Shown piece by piece: positions 61,287-64,000 of a stretch of 64,000 nt of DNA. The number at the start of each line of letters is the position of its first letter. Position 1 is the stretch's first letter. The stretch is taken from NCBI GenBank assembly GCA_004764695.1, contig SMSO01000006.1, positions 697,859 to 761,858 on the forward strand, written 5' to 3'. The notes beneath the pieces are model-generated. The model was not told the origin of the DNA, searched no databases, and worked only from the letters and a program-made list of their open reading frames with translations. Source of the DNA: Schizochytrium sp. TIO01 (lineage: Eukaryota; Protista; Bigyra: Labyrinthulomycetes). The translations under genes were made by a program, and so were the position numbers.

Positions 61287-62076
61287 CGCGGCGGCTTGCG
61301 GCTGCGAATTGAATTGAATTGAATTGAATTGAATTGGCTTCAAAACTTCGTGGGAACGAGTTTACGATGATTGGGTGATGTAATTTGATTAGGGGTATAA
61401 TAAGTGGGGCTGCGTGTTAGAAGAGCGTGAACGCTCAGGGTCGTTTTTCTTGTTTAGCGGAGCCTCGGCCCGTGAAAAGCTCGGGTCGATTTCGAGCCGA
61501 GCGAAATGGAGCGAAAGGAGAAGAAGAAGAAGAGGTTCATTGTTTGTTGCATTCATTGTTTTCGTGACTTACTTCATGAACTTTGAAGGACCATACTAAG
61601 TTGAGTGACCTTTTTCTTTTCTTTCTCTTTTAAAAACTAAACATCTTCAAACTAAACTAAACAAAACTAACCTTCAGAAGCAAAAAGGAAAGAAAAGAAA
61701 AGAGAAAAACAGAAAAACAGAAAAGATAGATGAGATGAGATGAAGACAAAAGGATTTGTTATTGTAGATTGATTTCCTCTCCTCTACGGTTTGCGCATGC
61801 CTAGGAGGGGCGTAGGAGGTGCTAGAAGGGAAACAGTTTTTCCCGTCTTTCGCGATGATGTGCTTTCTTTCTTGCATTGGCGCCCTTCGCGCTGTCGCGC
61901 CTTGTGCGAAGTCCTCCTCATCGATATCGGAGGGAGGGAGAAGGAGAGGAGGACATCAATTGCGCTCTCGACGCGAAGCCACGCGATGCTCCAAAGAGGG
62001 GCGGCTCACTCACGCGTAACAAGTGTTTGTGGAAATCCTGTGAAAACATTGTAAACTCGGAAAATGATTTACCTGC

Positions 62077-62163
62077 TGCATTGCATTGCATTGCATTGCA
62101 TTGCATGGCATTGCATTACATTGCACTACATTGCACTGCATTACATTGCAATACATTGCATTA
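62077..62163 (+). repeat. Degenerate pentanucleotide (TGCAT)n array
   Basis: Directly visible. Confidence 0.92.
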
Positions 62164-62436
62164 CACGATTGGTAAGCCAGCGGTAGGAGTTAGAGGTATG
62201 TAAGCAAAGAAAAAAGAAAAAGAAACGAGGGAGAGAGAAAGAGAGAATGTGAGGGAACGAGTGCTGAGTAGGGAAGTAAGGAAGTTATGGGAAGTAAGGA
62301 GGTCAGCAAGACAGAAAAACTGCTTTTTCATTACTTCTTTATTTACTTATTGAATGTTTACTCCTTCACTTACTTTTTAGGAGAGAGGGAAAACAGAAAG
62401 AGGCTTCGAAAGAGGGGGAATGAGAGGGAAATGAAA

Positions 62437-62504
62437 GGAAAGTAAAAGGAAAGTGAAAGGAAAGTGAAAGGAAAGTGAAAGGAAAGTAAAAGGAAAGTAA
62501 AAGG
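62437..62504 (+). repeat. 11-bp tandem repeat GGAAAGTRAAA x6
   Basis: Directly visible, 135-200 bp upstream of the carrier ATG. Confidence 0.9.
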
Positions 62505-62638
62505 ATGAAAGAAAGCGAGAACAGCAATCTTGCAATTTTGGAGCAGCAAACACGCAACTCAGGAGTGCTTTGAAGAGTCTGAAATAGGCGACGCAGGCAA
62601 CCGTAGTCAGGTCTTCTCTCGAACAAACAAACAGCACA

Positions 62639-64000
62639 ATGGCAGCAGAACAGGCCAAGGCTTTCATCTCCGGCGGTGTCGGTGGCATGTGCCTCGTCGC
62701 CGTCGGACACCCGCTCGACACCATTAAGGTGAAGATGCAAACGTCCAACGAGTAAGTTAGATGCTCTATGGCTGGGAGGCGACCAAAAGATTGCGAATCA
62801 TGTTCACCCAGCTCGTTCATCTGGACTGTGACTGTTTTCATACTTTTGGAGCTCTCCAGGTTTTTGAGTCCACGATGGAAAATGACAACCCTTCTGCCTG
62901 CATGCAGGCGAACTCGCGCGTGTGGACTCGGGATATTTGAAGGATATTAGTACTGACCTGACGCGGAATTGATGATTGGAACTGTATAGGTACGCTGGCA
63001 TGTCTGATTGCTTCCGCAAGATCATTGCCAAGGACGGCCCTAAGGGACTCTTCGCTGGTATGGCCGCCCCCCTGGCCGGTATCACCCCCATTTTTGCGGT
63101 CTACTTTTGGGTAAGTGCTCATTTATTATCAACCTGAGGCAGAACAGGAGCAGCGATACGGACGAGCGGGCATAAGGAGTATTTGCACCTTCGATTCTAG
63201 CGTAGGCTTTAACATTGTGCAACAACCCTTGCCCTTGCTTGTTTGTTGTGGTTGTCACTGTCGTCTCGAGTATGTTTGTTTGTCTGTTTGTTCGCAAGTG
63301 CAGGAAAGCTGACGTCAGCATTTTTTCAAATTCAATTAACTCTTTGTTCATATGCGACCATTATGGAATCATACAACAAAAAATGATCTGATAACATGAA
63401 CTCAAAATTTACAGGGTTTCGATGTCGGTAAGCAGATCGCTCGCGCCTTCGAGGGCACGGGCCCCGATCAACAGCTGAGTTCTGCTGGCATCATGTTTGC
63501 TGGTGGCTTCTCTGCCATCCCCGGTTCCGCTGTCATGGTCCCGGGTGACCGCATCAAGGTCATTCTCCAGTCTCAGGGCGATGGTCCCAAGAAGTACAAC
63601 GGCCCCATCGACTGTGCCAAGAAGATCTACGCTGAAGATGGTATTCGCGGTCTCTACAAGGGTACCGCCCTCACCCTCCTCCGCGATGTCCCTGGTTCCG
63701 TCGCTTACTACGGTGCTTACGAGATCATGAAGCTCAACATGCCTGAGTCCTTCCCCGGTGGTGCTAGCGGCGCCTTCAGCACCGTCTTCTGTGGTGGTAT
63801 GGCTGGTGTCATGAACTGGATTGTCTCCGTGCCCCCTGATGTCCTCAAGAGCCGCTACCAGACTGCCCCCAACGGCACCTACCCCGGTGGTATTCGCCAA
63901 GTCCTCTCTGAGCTCATCGCTCAGGAGGGTGTTGGTGCCCTCTACAAGGGTATCGCCCCGGCTCTTGTCCGTGCCTTCCCCGCCAACGCTGCTTGCTTCC
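62639..64000 (+). CDS. SLC25A20: Mitochondrial carnitine/acylcarnitine carrier (SLC25 family); exons 62639-62751, 62990-63110, 63415->64000 (3' truncated by window)
   Basis: The spliced translation is [38 protein letters not shown]|[40 protein letters not shown]|GFDVGKQ...[10 protein letters not shown]...TLLRDVPGS...[13 protein letters not shown]...[10 protein letters not shown]. It has three Px[DE]xxK carrier motifs and CACT signatures ([22 protein letters not shown]). The frame is preserved across both introns. The ORF track missed it. Confidence 0.93.
62752..62989 (+). other. Spliceosomal intron 1 of the carrier gene (phase 2)
   Basis: GTAAGT donor at 62752, TACTGAC branch point at 62951-62957, TAG acceptor ending at 62989. 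Removal restores the frame (GA|G = Glu). Confidence 0.9.
63111..63414 (+). other. Spliceosomal intron 2 of the carrier gene (phase 0)
   Basis: GTAAGT donor at 63111 and CAG acceptor ending at 63414. Removal joins ...VYFW to GFDVGK... Confidence 0.9.

Noticed and set aside
63409-63900. 163-aa minus-strand ORF
   Set aside because: Antisense shadow of the strongly codon-biased carrier exon 3.
168-64000. ACBP and carnitine carrier as a lipid-metabolism gene cluster
   Set aside because: They are 62 kb apart with unrelated genes between; nothing indicates linkage beyond chance.

Overview
This is eukaryotic genomic DNA, most consistent with a thraustochytrid or other labyrinthulomycete stramenopile. 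That assignment is inferred from the AP2-domain factor, GT-AG introns, dense tetranucleotide microsatellites and C-ending codon bias. The first 5.8 kb holds four tightly packed single-exon ORFs in two divergent pairs: an acyl-CoA-binding protein ending in SKL, a C-terminal J-domain protein, a secreted CANT1-type apyrase and ESCRT-III Snf7/Vps32. About 40 kb with no intact recognisable gene follows, then one AP2-domain, Q-rich transcription factor (45892-47706). After a further ~15 kb gap, a three-exon mitochondrial carnitine/acylcarnitine carrier runs off the right edge. The gaps are a mosaic of three things: AT-rich islands, GC-richer blocks studded with compound tetranucleotide repeats, and neutral-composition tracts containing decayed coding fossils (a probable LINE ORF2 remnant and a possible chromodomain remnant). 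The most interesting candidate system is an unusually large, modular, microsatellite-built regulatory landscape around the AP2 gene, possibly with spliced non-coding transcripts. This is a hypothesis from sequence alone. No rRNA, convincing tRNA, CRISPR array or intact transposon was seen.
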